Source: a virus (lineage: Duplodnaviria; Caudoviricetes). From it: DNA of 55,616 nucleotides. Shown here piece by piece: positions 17,831 through 27,424 of this stretch. How positions within the stretch are numbered: the first letter of the stretch is position 1; each line of letters begins with the position of its first letter. A model generated the notes under the pieces. It did no database searches. It saw only the letters and a list, made by a program, of their open reading frames with translations, and was not told the DNA's origin. The stretch is from the IMG/VR virus record IMGVR_UViG_3300045242_000161, positions 1 through 55,616 of that record. The stretch is one strand, 5' to 3'. The translations under genes and the position numbers were made by a program.

Positions 17831-19776
17831 TTCGAGTCTCCCCAGGTTGCGGCTACTTTACTATCGACAACAACAGGTATCTCCAACTGCACACAGTCTT
17901 CCATGATCGAGGCCTGTTCCCGTGCTACCCTCTCACTGGTTACCGAGAATCCAAGCGCGTCGTGTTCCGTGATCAGCGGTAGGTGACCGGCACGATAGCA
18001 GTTGACCATAGCCTGCTTCGTTTGATCCGCTGCCGATCCCTGAATCCGTCTATTGAGCGCCTTATTCAGGAACATATACTCACCGCCTCGCATAGGGAAG
18101 CGGCATCTGCGGTTGTATATGGTGGTGATGTAACCGAGCTGCTTAACCATCGTCTGAGCATCTCTAGCCAAAGGCTGGACGAATGGCACACGTTCATAGA
18201 ATCTATCGAGCAGGGCTTGGCCCTCGGTTCCAGCAACTTCGACGGTTCGACCATTGATCACTTTATGGGTGGTAGGTAGACCTAATTCATGGCAGAGTTT
18301 AGCACCGCCCATGCCGTATGTAATGCCCAAGAATATCGTCTTGGCGTGTTGGCGGGAAATGCCGCCCATCCATTTGGCACACATACCGTGATAGTCGGTT
18401 CGTGGATTCTCGTTGAAGATCTTAACTGCTTCCGCGGCCCCGCGTAACCGCAATATAGACGCGTAGTGCAAGGATAGCCGCGGCTCCTGTGATGAATAAT
18501 CGGCATTGTGCCACAATTCACCTTCTTCCGGCAACATGAGACAGCGGACTAGTTTCTTGATCTCTTCATCGCGCGATGGCAGTTGTTGAAAGTTCGGGTT
18601 AGACGATGAGAACCGGCCCGTAACAGTGCCGTAACCGCTTCCATCGTCATCTTCGCGTCGTAGAGGATGAAACTCAGGGTGGATTCGTCCGTTCTTGACA
18701 TGGCGGAATACATGTCCGTCGATGAAGGTGGTCCTCGCCTTGTTGTATCTCCGCAGTTCCAGTATGTCTCCAATGACGGAGGATTGTGTGGCGTTTTCTT
18801 CAAGCCAATTCTTCTGGACGGAGGGTTTGTCCGTCTTGGTCCGAGGTAAGGAGATGCCGGCCTGTACACAGGCTCGCGCGATCGTCTCATTCTCCCACGC
18901 CGATACGAGGACTCCTGTGGCATTTTGAATACGCCTGATGCAGTCGAGTTCTTTGTTTTGGAGTTTGATCCTTGCCTGTTCCGCTGCATCGAGATCAACA
19001 CGAACGCCGCGCATACGCATCGCCACACAGACGGTGATGACATCACGCTCTAGGTCTGCGAGCTCTTTCAGCCCTTGTTGAGCGATCTGCGGTTTGAAGA
19101 AGTCGTATAGTCTCAGGGCTAGAGTCGCGTCCATCTCGGCATACGGCCCAACGTACTTGGCAGGCAATCTCCAGAGATTGTCGTATATATTTTTGACGCC
19201 GTAACCCCCGGCAACCTTCTGTAGGAGAGAGTCGTCTTTGCCAACCCCAAGGATATCCTTGGAGAGATTGTCCAGGGAGTATGACAGACGGTTCTCGTCC
19301 AGGAGAGCGGCGAGACCTTGTACGTCAACCGCACCATTGTAAGGTCTGATCCCCATACGGTTGCACCAGCCCAGGTCGTAAAGCGAATTGGCGGCAACCA
19401 TCTGCACATTAGATCTACCCAACTGCTCACGGAGCCAGGCGATTACGTCTCCGTCGAAGTTGCCTTCGGGATGACGAATCGCGTAATAGGCCGATCGACC
19501 ACAGGAAGCCACCGCAACTCCGATTGGGTAATCGTCAGCGGTTGGGAAGGCCCAAGCACTACCGACTGTTGTAAGGGTGGTATCTCGGGTTTCCCAGTCA
19601 ATTGCGGTTACTCCTTCTATCGGGATGAATTCCGTAGGTGGCACCCAGTTAGACTCATAGTTAGGCGTGATCATTCCCTTGGGCTCGAATAGCGTTGTGC
19701 CGCCCACCGTTGGGCGTGTCGCGGTCCTGACAGGAGTGCGTGTGGGTTTGGCTGGTTCGTCCCAGAAAAGATTCAT
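17827..19776 (-). CDS. polA: Family A DNA polymerase with 3'-5' exonuclease
   Basis: AIDWET exo I, YAEMDA exo III, TGRFSSSNPNFQQLP, ADYSSQEPR motif A, RQHAKTIFLGITYGMG motif B, EHDA motif C. Confidence 0.95.
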   Translation of the reverse strand: MNLFWDEPAKPTRTPVRTATRPTVGGTTLFEPKGMITPNYESNWVPPTEFIPIEGVTAIDWETRDTTLTTVGSAWAFPTADDYPIGVAVASCGRSAYYAIRHPEGNFDGDVIAWLREQLGRSNVQMVAANSLYDLGWCNRMGIRPYNGAVDVQGLAALLDENRLSYSLDNLSKDILGVGKDDSLLQKVAGGYGVKNIYDNLWRLPAKYVGPYAEMDATLALRLYDFFKPQIAQQGLKELADLERDVITVCVAMRMRGVRVDLDAAEQARIKLQNKELDCIRRIQNATGVLVSAWENETIARACVQAGISLPRTKTDKPSVQKNWLEENATQSSVIGDILELRRYNKARTTFIDGHVFRHVKNGRIHPEFHPLRREDDDGSGYGTVTGRFSSSNPNFQQLPSRDEEIKKLVRCLMLPEEGELWHNADYSSQEPRLSLHYASILRLRGAAEAVKIFNENPRTDYHGMCAKWMGGISRQHAKTIFLGITYGMGGAKLCHELGLPTTHKVINGRTVEVAGTEGQALLDRFYERVPFVQPLARDAQTMVKQLGYITTIYNRRCRFPMRGGEYMFLNKALNRRIQGSAADQTKQAMVNCYRAGHLPLITEHDALGFSVTSERVAREQASIMEDCVQLEIPVVVDSKVAATWGDSK

Positions 19777-20462
19777 GGTATCTCCAGATATTTGTGGATC
19801 TGTAACTGGGCCGTGTAACCGTATTGCATAGCGGTTCTGGCGACTAAGGCACGGTTGTTGCCGTTGGTATTTTCTTCCGGTGTGTCAACCGGTGTTATGT
19901 AGACTGTTGAGTTAGGAGGCGGACGGGAGAGAAAAACCTTCGGCCCATCTGTTCTTTGCGTGTTGGTGTAAGGTAATCCATCGGAACTGTCAGTGTGCCC
20001 CTCCAGCAGGGGGTACTTCCAATACTTGGCGTGTTCCCGAATCTTTGGATGGACTAATGGAGTTTTTGGCGATACTACTATGGTGGTTGCCAGTAACCAA
20101 TCCTGCCAAATAACTCCTGCCGTTTCTACCTGTATTGGATAGCCGGCAGACCAGAGCAGTTCAACAAGTTTCAGGAGGTTCTGTCGGCAGGGTTCTCCTC
20201 CTGTCAGGACTACCAAGGTTTCCTTACGTCTTGCGAGTTCTTTAATCTGCCGGAACATCTCATCCGGAGACATATATGGATCACGGTCATCATCCCACTG
20301 TGTATCACACCACCAACATCTCAGGTTACAACCGCTCATCCGAACGAAGACGGCACGCTGTCCGGAGAATGGGCCCTCTCCCTGTAGTGTCAGGAAGATC
20401 TCATGGACCTGTAGGCGGTCGGGGTTGGTCTCTTTGGCACGAACAGGATTAGTTCCGCGCAT
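19773..20462 (-). CDS. queE: 7-carboxy-7-deazaguanine synthase (radical SAM)
   Basis: EIFLTLQGEG, CNLRCWWCDT, LTGGEP, VETAG, VVSPK, LQIHK. Confidence 0.93.
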   Translation of the reverse strand: MRGTNPVRAKETNPDRLQVHEIFLTLQGEGPFSGQRAVFVRMSGCNLRCWWCDTQWDDDRDPYMSPDEMFRQIKELARRKETLVVLTGGEPCRQNLLKLVELLWSAGYPIQVETAGVIWQDWLLATTIVVSPKTPLVHPKIREHAKYWKYPLLEGHTDSSDGLPYTNTQRTDGPKVFLSRPPPNSTVYITPVDTPEENTNGNNRALVARTAMQYGYTAQLQIHKYLEIP

Positions 20463-21432
20463 TGGATTCCCCTCCTTCTGTGTATACGGCCATTAGTCCC
20501 TTGACATTTCGACCTGACCAGAAGGCTTTTGCAGATGTAAGTTGAATATGGGTTGCGTCTCGCAATACTTCTTCAAATCTGTCTACACTCCATCGAGTTA
20601 CATCCGATGTAGGAGTCTCGATTTCAATCTCAGCATCTGATAGAGTAGAGTCTACCACCATTTTATTAGGATGGATCGTGATCATTCCACGTACTGCCCG
20701 GGTAACTTCTGCGAAGGCAGATCTCCAGTCCCCTGGAATCTCCCAAAGATTATCTGGGACCTGATCAACGATAGAACTGGCCCGCGGATCGAATTCCTGA
20801 TTGATTGTCAACCCTCTAACAGCTGTTCCGTCAGGCCAACCGAAGACGATAAACGGTTGGGTTCCTTCGGCATTAATTGGGGCTGCGATTGTGGAGGGGA
20901 GTGATGGGGCTGTAGAAAGGAATTCTAGTACCCAATTGGGGAGTAGGGCCTTGATCGGGGCAGGTTCGGGTAGTTCGAACCGGGCTAGGGTCTTAGTGTC
21001 CGTGACGAAGATCCTGTTGCCATCAACCTGGGCTCCCATCGCCCATGGATATTGGGCGTCATTTGCGACATACCGTCGTGCCCGCATTAGAATCTGTAAG
21101 AATGCCGGGGTCAGTGGAGAACTACTATTCGGGAAGTATGCGTCCGGATACTCGTCGGCACTCCTGACGGTAATATTAACTTTAGTGCGGCCCGTCTTGA
21201 CCGTTAGTCGATTACCAAGTTCAAAGGTTGATGAATCGCTGATCGCCTGCTTGAGTTCTTTGGCAGGTGCCAAGAAATGAATAGGGAGGTCACACGGGCT
21301 GCGTGCGAGTAGGCGATCATTAGTTGCGTATACATAACCGCCTCGAACTAGGACGTGCGTCATATACGTGATAGCAGAAGTTGAGGCTAGTGCTCGCTCA
21401 ACCCGGCTTAAAGCCTGTGCAAGGGACGGCAT
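20449..21432 (-). CDS. DNA polymerase sliding clamp (beta/DnaN-like)
   Basis: ~330 aa, repeated domain pattern with YATND and FVTDTKTL strands; lies near the polymerase gene. Confidence 0.55.
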   Translation of the reverse strand: MPSLAQALSRVERALASTSAITYMTHVLVRGGYVYATNDRLLARSPCDLPIHFLAPAKELKQAISDSSTFELGNRLTVKTGRTKVNITVRSADEYPDAYFPNSSSPLTPAFLQILMRARRYVANDAQYPWAMGAQVDGNRIFVTDTKTLARFELPEPAPIKALLPNWVLEFLSTAPSLPSTIAAPINAEGTQPFIVFGWPDGTAVRGLTINQEFDPRASSIVDQVPDNLWEIPGDWRSAFAEVTRAVRGMITIHPNKMVVDSTLSDAEIEIETPTSDVTRWSVDRFEEVLRDATHIQLTSAKAFWSGRNVKGLMAVYTEGGESNARN

Positions 21433-21441
21433 GTATTCCTC

Positions 21442-22383
21442 CTAATCGAACAGGGACGTTTGGACGCCTACTTCTTTTCGTTCTTGGCTGAGGATCTCCT
21501 TCATGGAAATCATATTAAAGGCACACCGGAGAGGAAATGAGTCAGCGAGCTGCTTAACATCGAAGCCTCGCTCATCTATGATCCGCATCCAATGAGCACG
21601 TCTCTCAGATGAGAATGTGTCGAAATGTCGATCCTGGTCACTCAATCGCTTTGATTTACTGGAGATAGGCACCATCTTAAAAGACCCGCTCTCCACGGAG
21701 AAGAGGATATAGCCATAAGCAGACATATGGATCCATGATGCACTATCCACGCTGTGCCATGGCACCGATAATAGCATATCAGCGCCCGTCGTCGCAAGCC
21801 CATGAGTCCGAAAGTTTTTGGTAAGTCGGTGGACTCTTTGGGCCCAAGGTCTACGTTCACTCTCATGAACGTCATTTCGCGGACTCGCACAGATGTAATT
21901 ACCGTCAGCCGCCTGGGCCATTACTTCGTCAAGTCGACTCCAAGCCTCATTCTGGTGGAATACCGGCAATACAATCTTCCCAAAACCAGCTTCTAATCGC
22001 GTCTGGTTCCAATCACTGTCTTTGCACGCCTGGATCCGTTCCTCAGGTGTGGCAGTTTTGGTCCAGGAACCTGGGATAACGTCTAGGTTGATGAGCCATA
22101 TCTTATCACATACATCTTTGAAGGCGTTAATGCCGAACTGGAAGTTGACATGGACTTCACCAACAGTCATCCTACGACCTTTCGTCCAGGCCGTGAATGC
22201 ACCACTGTCTAGGATGACTTCTTTGAGTCGAAGGCCATTCCGTGAATACTGCAGTCCGGTCCGCTCTACGCTGCTCAAATACTGATCGTGACAAGAGAAT
22301 AGGCGGTACTCCATCCTGGGGATGTAGGGCACGAATTCCTTGGAAAACTGGAACCCGCTGAAAAAGAACTTCTCAGTCATCAT
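21442..22383 (-). CDS. dpdA: DNA guanine transglycosylase (TGT fold, DpdA-like)
   Basis: ILDSGAFT, NLDVIPG, LPVFHQ, THGLA and SVDSASW motifs; adjacent to queF. Confidence 0.8.
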   Translation of the reverse strand: MMTEKFFFSGFQFSKEFVPYIPRMEYRLFSCHDQYLSSVERTGLQYSRNGLRLKEVILDSGAFTAWTKGRRMTVGEVHVNFQFGINAFKDVCDKIWLINLDVIPGSWTKTATPEERIQACKDSDWNQTRLEAGFGKIVLPVFHQNEAWSRLDEVMAQAADGNYICASPRNDVHESERRPWAQRVHRLTKNFRTHGLATTGADMLLSVPWHSVDSASWIHMSAYGYILFSVESGSFKMVPISSKSKRLSDQDRHFDTFSSERRAHWMRIIDERGFDVKQLADSFPLRCAFNMISMKEILSQERKEVGVQTSLFD

Positions 22384-22816
22384 TCTGCCAGGTGATAGAC
22401 GGTTGGAAGGAGAGCCCACCGCGCGGTGAGAAGTAGCCTGTGATCTCGAGCTCTGCCGGATCAACCGCTTCGATGAAGTCGCTGGCGATGCGTGCGATAA
22501 CTGCCTCGTGGAAGGCTTTTTGATTGCGATAGGATTGTAGGTAGAGTTTTAGACTCTTGCTCTCGACACACTTCTCATTAGGAGTGTAGACGATGCGGAT
22601 CTTCCCGAAGTCAGGTTGACCCGTCACTGGGCAGAGACAGGTGAACTCATCTCGTTCGGATTCGATCGTGACAGAGGATTCAGGATACTCCATCATGGGA
22701 TTTGGAAATGTGTCCAGCGTGAGGACATTCGGCTCCATAGGTGTCTCTGTCCGCACACCCAACGTGTGGAGTTGGATGGGCGGTTGGCGACGTGGCCTAA
22801 GTGGGGACGTGCTCAT
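22373..22816 (-). CDS. queF: preQ0 nitrile reductase (unimodular QueF)
   Basis: EFTCLCPVTGQPDF catalytic Cys/Asp; QueF motif ESKSLKLYL; FHE; PRGG. Confidence 0.92.
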   Translation of the reverse strand: MSTSPLRPRRQPPIQLHTLGVRTETPMEPNVLTLDTFPNPMMEYPESSVTIESERDEFTCLCPVTGQPDFGKIRIVYTPNEKCVESKSLKLYLQSYRNQKAFHEAVIARIASDFIEAVDPAELEITGYFSPRGGLSFQPSITWQNDD

Positions 22817-23136
22817 TCGAACAGATTACCTCCTTCTTTTGCCTTGATGTTACGTGGGTTGGTGTCGGATCGCCGTATATACTGGGGTGGATGTAGGACG
22901 AGATTGGGCAGGCACCAGACGACGACGCGGTTGTATGTGTCATCATATGAAGCGACGATATCGCGCTTCATCAACCTTGGAAGTTCGCGTCCAACATCTT
23001 TCGGATCACGCTTCGAAAAGACGTGGGTGTAATCAATCAGATAGTTCTCAATGTCGTTCGCCGCAAGGGGTCTGTTTGGGTCAATATTCAAGACTTCCAA
23101 GACTGCTGCGGTGACTTTAGCATCATCGTCAATCAT
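22813..23136 (-). CDS. Hypothetical protein
   Basis: First gene after a family promoter; coupled to queF. Confidence 0.6.
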   Translation of the reverse strand: MIDDDAKVTAAVLEVLNIDPNRPLAANDIENYLIDYTHVFSKRDPKDVGRELPRLMKRDIVASYDDTYNRVVVWCLPNLVLHPPQYIRRSDTNPRNIKAKEGGNLFE

Positions 23137-23160
23137 AGGAAGATCCTCAGTTGCCTGAGG

Positions 23161-23190
23161 ATCCTAGCGTAATTCTGCCAAATACGCAAG
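23161..23190 (-). promoter_or_regulatory. Phage promoter family copy (queF-dpdA-clamp-queE-pol operon)
   Basis: CTTGCGT-N17-TAGGAT. Confidence 0.7.
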
Positions 23191-23197
23191 CCCAGGA

Positions 23198-23246
23198 CTA
23201 CGGGAAGATTGCTCTTCCCGTAGCCTTGCGGTAACTAGACCGCAAG
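23198..23246 (-). terminator. Tandem hairpins at 3' end of DUF932 gene (no U-tract)
   Basis: 11-bp stem CTACGGGAAGA/TCTTCCCGTAG with GCAA tetraloop on the - strand (23198-23223); 8-bp stem CTTGCGGT/ACCGCAAG (23225-23246). Confidence 0.55.
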
Positions 23247-24266
23247 CTCAAGGGCTAGGTTGAGTGCCTTCTGCTTCGTCTTAGCACGCTCCCCCAGCCA
23301 CGCCTGGTAGATGCGGTTGTCCTGGCTACGGCCCACTTGATGGTCGAGCACATAGGTGACAGCATTCACCGCACCCCACCACGTTCCGCGGGATGACGGC
23401 AGCTCGCTTCCCGGCGCCGTCTCGAACGCCTGGAGCGACTTCGTCACCAACGTAGACTGCCGCGGTGCCCGGGTCGTGGTCACCACTGCCTCTTCAGTCG
23501 TCTCAGACTCCTCTGCCCCAACAGCCTCATCAGCGACCTGTCGGACGGTCAACTGCGTCGGCGTCAGCTTGAACACCTTCGTGAGGTATTCGGTCAACGC
23601 CTCAGTGCTCGGCACGTTGTGTTGGGCCAAGACTAGCGCCTGATCAGCCAGCCTCGCATTAGCATCAACTGCCATGCCTAGGGCCTGTTCTGCCGCCGCC
23701 GTCGCCTCACCGTTGAACTCACGCAAGTGCGCCATCTTGAACGCCCGCTGCGATAGGTTGCTGAGAGCCATCGTCAGGGTGTTCATGCAGACGACCCGCA
23801 CACTGGTGAAGTCCGCTGTCATCGCGTAGCCCGGCACATGAGGATTGCAGAGCAGCAGGTAACCGCGGTTGATATCGTCGCCGATCGCGAATTCGCGGTT
23901 GATACGGGCCAGGCCCCAGATGAACTTGCCCGCCATCAGACTGCCGGCCGTCTCCATGGTCATGTGACCCGCTTCCGTGAACTTCTTGAAGAAGTTCATG
24001 ACGTCGGAGTTCTGGATCGGGACGTACCGGTTAGTGACGACACTCAAGACGGAGTTGTCGCTGACACGCACCAGTCCCTGATGTGACGGGATCTGGGACA
24101 TGCCATTAGCATTGGACGCCATGAACAGCGGACGCTTCTCCACGGCCCAGTTGATGCCGGCGGCTTGCGCCATCTCTTCCGGCGTGAGATTGGGGTCGAC
24201 GATATTGCCCAGGCCGTGCCAAGGCGTCTCGATGGCCGAAGCCATTGTCTCCACTGCGTCAGTCAT
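23235..24266 (-). CDS. DUF932/DUF945 family phage/plasmid protein
   Basis: TPWHGLG, YVPIQN, ETAGSL, SVRVVCMNTL, GTWWGAVNAVT. Confidence 0.88.
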   Translation of the reverse strand: MTDAVETMASAIETPWHGLGNIVDPNLTPEEMAQAAGINWAVEKRPLFMASNANGMSQIPSHQGLVRVSDNSVLSVVTNRYVPIQNSDVMNFFKKFTEAGHMTMETAGSLMAGKFIWGLARINREFAIGDDINRGYLLLCNPHVPGYAMTADFTSVRVVCMNTLTMALSNLSQRAFKMAHLREFNGEATAAAEQALGMAVDANARLADQALVLAQHNVPSTEALTEYLTKVFKLTPTQLTVRQVADEAVGAEESETTEEAVVTTTRAPRQSTLVTKSLQAFETAPGSELPSSRGTWWGAVNAVTYVLDHQVGRSQDNRIYQAWLGERAKTKQKALNLALELAV

Positions 24267-24300
24267 TTGGTACTCCTTGAATATAACGTGCAGATGAGCT

Positions 24301-24330
24301 GATATAAGCCTTAATCAGCTGGACCGCAAG
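24301..24330 (-). promoter_or_regulatory. Phage promoter family copy
   Basis: CTTGCGG-N17-TATATC. Confidence 0.55.
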
Positions 24331-24331
24331 A

Positions 24332-24610
24332 CTAGACCTTATTCGGACTCAAAAGAATATTGTGAATTCCTTCCAGTGCCGGATCGTTCGGGTACAGTTC
24401 ATCCGCCTTGGCGAGCAACTCCTGTATGAGCGGATAGTGAGAATCGTGCCCATACAATACACCCAAGGTCCGGGGTGTCTTGCCGTCGCCGACATAGTAG
24501 GTGTCAGAGGGTAGCATCCGAATTGTAGCAGTTCGGATCTCGTCTTCGATCTTATCGTCACTGTGGCCCATGAGTTGGCCGTATGCGATGATCAGAGGAT
24601 AATCAACCAT
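24332..24610 (-). CDS. Hypothetical protein
   Basis: Strong RBS AAGGAGG. Confidence 0.65.
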   Translation of the reverse strand: MVDYPLIIAYGQLMGHSDDKIEDEIRTATIRMLPSDTYYVGDGKTPRTLGVLYGHDSHYPLIQELLAKADELYPNDPALEGIHNILLSPNKV

Positions 24611-24657
24611 TGAAGCCTCCTTTCGATACGTCTATATATAATGCGAGATCGCACAAT

Positions 24658-25125
24658 TCACAAGGAGAAGGATGCCCAACAATTGGGCGTTTCAAAAACA
24701 GTTACTTTGAATATCCCAGGAACCGCCTTTTGCAACCGGTAGTACCAAAGCTCTGAGAGTCGCTCTGCGGTTGGAGCGTGTTCGATCAGAGTGAGCTTGG
24801 TGAAGAAGGGCTCGGACGGCAGTAAAGAAAAACACGGTCTAGGCACCACGCTAATCGGTGCGCCCGCGATTATCTCAGCCACAGGATCATTATACGCTAG
24901 GATCATCGCATGATCGAACGTAGCGTGGATGAGTTCCATCATCGCCTGTTTGATCGTTCCGAAGTCAGTCACCATATCGGATTCCGCACCGACGGTGACG
25001 AGCTCGCCGAAGACCGTTGCCTCGATCACATAGCGGTGGCCGTGGAGACCTTTGCACATGCCGCCATGCGTGGCGATACGATGCCCGGCGTCGATTTCGA
25101 TCCTACGTGTGATCTTGCTGATCAT
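24658..25125 (-). CDS. queD: 6-carboxy-5,6,7,8-tetrahydropterin synthase
   Basis: DAGHR, CKGLHGHRY, DFG, FDH, PTAERL, VFETP. Confidence 0.93.
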   Translation of the reverse strand: MISKITRRIEIDAGHRIATHGGMCKGLHGHRYVIEATVFGELVTVGAESDMVTDFGTIKQAMMELIHATFDHAMILAYNDPVAEIIAGAPISVVPRPCFSLLPSEPFFTKLTLIEHAPTAERLSELWYYRLQKAVPGIFKVTVFETPNCWASFSL

Positions 25126-25937
25126 ACAGCCCCCATTTCATGTGCGAGCAGATCTAGCTTGTAGTCGATCGTGCCCTTCAGGTTGTGTAGCCTCCGCACA
25201 ACCGCATAGTGAACACCGTCTGGACAGTTTATCTTGCCTTCAAAGGCTGCCCGCGCGATCATCGGATCCGGCACCGCCGCCACACGGAACCCTTCGGCCC
25301 GTAACACGGTTGCATGGTCCTGCGTAATAGGCGGATATTCTCCCGAATAGGCCGTGTGGGTGTATGCCAACGCCTTATAGCACCCAGGTAAGGTCATCGC
25401 GTATCGGATTGAATCGGCCTTAGATCGATACGCCAAAGGAGTGTGGATCTGTAACCGTGTATGCCCCTCACCAAGGGCAATATTTAACGCGTCTTCTGCC
25501 GATGCGATGAAAGAGCTACGGCAATCGGGATAATTGGCTGTATCCTCCTGTGATACGCCAATACCGATCTCCGTGGCACCGACGTGCACAGCATAGTTCG
25601 CAGCGAACACTAAGAAAATCAGGTTACGCATCGGCACGAATGTAAGTTCGGTCCGCCCACCAATAGTTTCAACCATCCTGGCGAAGCTCTCGTAAGTCTC
25701 TAGGGACTGTTTCTCATCCACCAGGGGAGAGGCGGACCAGAGTTTGTCGATACGGCAGAGATAGTGATCGCGGACGTTAGCAAGCCGGGCAACGTCAATT
25801 GCCGCCGACACCTCTATAGAGTGCTTTTGGTTGTAGTTGAACGTGATCGCGTGCATGACCTCGCACGTCTGTTTCATGTGGAACAGGACTGTTGTACTAT
25901 CCTGGCCACCGCTTAAAATACATAGACCAACTGTCAT
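25122..25937 (-). CDS. queC: 7-cyano-7-deazaguanine synthase (lacks the C-terminal Zn cysteines)
   Basis: LSGGQDSTT PP-loop, YNQKH, TFVPMRN, YPDCR; start reassigned to ATG 25937 (RBS GGGAGG). Confidence 0.92.
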   Translation of the reverse strand: MTVGLCILSGGQDSTTVLFHMKQTCEVMHAITFNYNQKHSIEVSAAIDVARLANVRDHYLCRIDKLWSASPLVDEKQSLETYESFARMVETIGGRTELTFVPMRNLIFLVFAANYAVHVGATEIGIGVSQEDTANYPDCRSSFIASAEDALNIALGEGHTRLQIHTPLAYRSKADSIRYAMTLPGCYKALAYTHTAYSGEYPPITQDHATVLRAEGFRVAAVPDPMIARAAFEGKINCPDGVHYAVVRRLHNLKGTIDYKLDLLAHEMGAV

Positions 25938-25948
25938 GTGAACCTCCC

Positions 25949-26782
25949 TCAAAAGGGGATGTTGTCGTCTATCTTCTCCTGGTCGCGGTTCCACGTTGGA
26001 CCGTCGTCTACTTGATTGCCGTATTTGGGATCATAGGCATCGTCAGTTGCACCCGGCGGTGCCGTGACGGTTACAGACCCCTCACCAACCGCCTTGCGGA
26101 ATATGCGTGCCTTGTTCAGGAGCATGATGCCGTTGGGGTATGCGGACACGGTCTGCAGTGGTGTCGTCTCCCAGCCGTACCAGTCATTCTTGTCGTTGCT
26201 CTCGTGCACGCTCGTCAGTTTGAAGACGCGCGCGTAGATCGGTGCCGGATACGGGCCCTTATCATCCTGCAGTTCGAAGTTCTGTAGCAGTGCGTTCCAG
26301 CGCCGCGCTTTCTTCCACTGTGTGCTGCCCATAGAGATCAACGCCGGTGTGACTTCGTTTTCGTTTATGTGCAATACATAGTAGGTAGCCAGGGACACGA
26401 TCTCATTCCCCGCACGCGTTAGCCGGGTGAAGTTCGGACCCTCCGACGCATTGTTATAGGCGCTATCGTCACTGCCCCAGTCCCGCACCAAACCGCCACG
26501 ATCGGGCTTCCATTCGACGTATCGCCGTTGGAAACGGCACGGTATCACCAACACCTCTTTGAAGAGTTGGTGGGTGACCGTGTTGAAGATATCGCCGGAC
26601 AGGGCCTCTTTGATATACTCAGGCCTAACCGACTTACGCTGCGGGCTCAGGTCCTGGATGATCGTGAGGAATGGTAGGACGATGTCTTCAACGGCAAACG
26701 CCTCACGGTCCTCGGAGTGTTCGCGCATGGAGAACGCCTTGGTGGCGATCTCCTTGTTATCGGTCGGAATAACATCAGACAT
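25949..26782 (-). CDS. Putative single-stranded DNA-binding protein
   Basis: Acidic tail DDNIPF; LPFLTIIQDLSPQ and YVEW motifs seen in phage replication modules. Confidence 0.6.
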   Translation of the reverse strand: MSDVIPTDNKEIATKAFSMREHSEDREAFAVEDIVLPFLTIIQDLSPQRKSVRPEYIKEALSGDIFNTVTHQLFKEVLVIPCRFQRRYVEWKPDRGGLVRDWGSDDSAYNNASEGPNFTRLTRAGNEIVSLATYYVLHINENEVTPALISMGSTQWKKARRWNALLQNFELQDDKGPYPAPIYARVFKLTSVHESNDKNDWYGWETTPLQTVSAYPNGIMLLNKARIFRKAVGEGSVTVTAPPGATDDAYDPKYGNQVDDGPTWNRDQEKIDDNIPF

Positions 26783-27326
26783 TTTTGGGCTCCTTGAGAA
26801 CGGCCTTGTTTGCCGTAAAAAGGTTGAGCACTTCATGAACATGCGTGCCGAGTTTCAAGCAGTCACGCATCAGTTTCTTTAGGGTCATACCATGAACCCC
26901 TTCAGAAATTGTCACATTCGTCTGGTTGTCACCACGCAGTTGGTTGTAAAGGGCGATGGCCTTGTCGCGATTTGCCCTGCCAAAATCAACCGATACCTGG
27001 ACTTTTAAGACCCCTTCATTGTGGGTCTCTTCTAACCAGCGGATGGCAGTTTCTGCTTTCTCAGTCTCTTTTGGCCATGTGGCTTCAACTACCTGGCTGA
27101 GAGAGATTGTGGCTCCATCAACAGTGACGAATTTCTGCAGGCCGGCTTCAAACATGAGATCTGGAATACGATACATCTCCAGCTCAGTAATTTCTGTCTG
27201 GAGTAATTTCAAGGAGTTCTCAAGAGCGGTGCGCTCAGCCAATTTGCCACGTAGCCGTTCGATATTGGTTGAGAGGCTATCCAAGGTCTCTCCTCGGGCC
27301 TTCACCAATGGTGCGAATTCGTCCAT
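26775..27326 (-). CDS. Conserved phage replication-module protein
   Basis: N-terminal coiled coil, IPDLMFEAG, AIRWLEE, VHGMTLK; RBS AAGGAG; precedes the SSB-like gene. Confidence 0.65.
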   Translation of the reverse strand: MDEFAPLVKARGETLDSLSTNIERLRGKLAERTALENSLKLLQTEITELEMYRIPDLMFEAGLQKFVTVDGATISLSQVVEATWPKETEKAETAIRWLEETHNEGVLKVQVSVDFGRANRDKAIALYNQLRGDNQTNVTISEGVHGMTLKKLMRDCLKLGTHVHEVLNLFTANKAVLKEPKNV

Positions 27327-27348
27327 GCTTGGCTCCTTTCAGATACGC

Positions 27349-27378
27349 ATACTAGCGTAGGCACGCAGAATACGCAAG
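27349..27378 (-). promoter_or_regulatory. Phage promoter family copy (ssb-queC-queD operon)
   Basis: CTTGCGT-N17-TAGTAT. Confidence 0.7.
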
Positions 27379-27424
27379 GGCCCCAGGCTCTTTTTTCGCA
27401 AAACAGGATGCGTATATCTTAGCA

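Noticed and set aside
17827-19776. Intein or intron in the polymerase (also considered for terL and helicase)
   Set aside because: ORFs are continuous, normal in length, with motifs normally spaced
22373-22816. QueF-like amidinotransferase (archaeosine route)
   Set aside because: The NADPH-associated QueF motif ESKSLKLY is present, favouring a true reductase
24629-24656. Additional family promoter upstream of 24332..24610
   Set aside because: TTGTGC with an AT-rich box is present but spacing and -35 deviate; too weak to call
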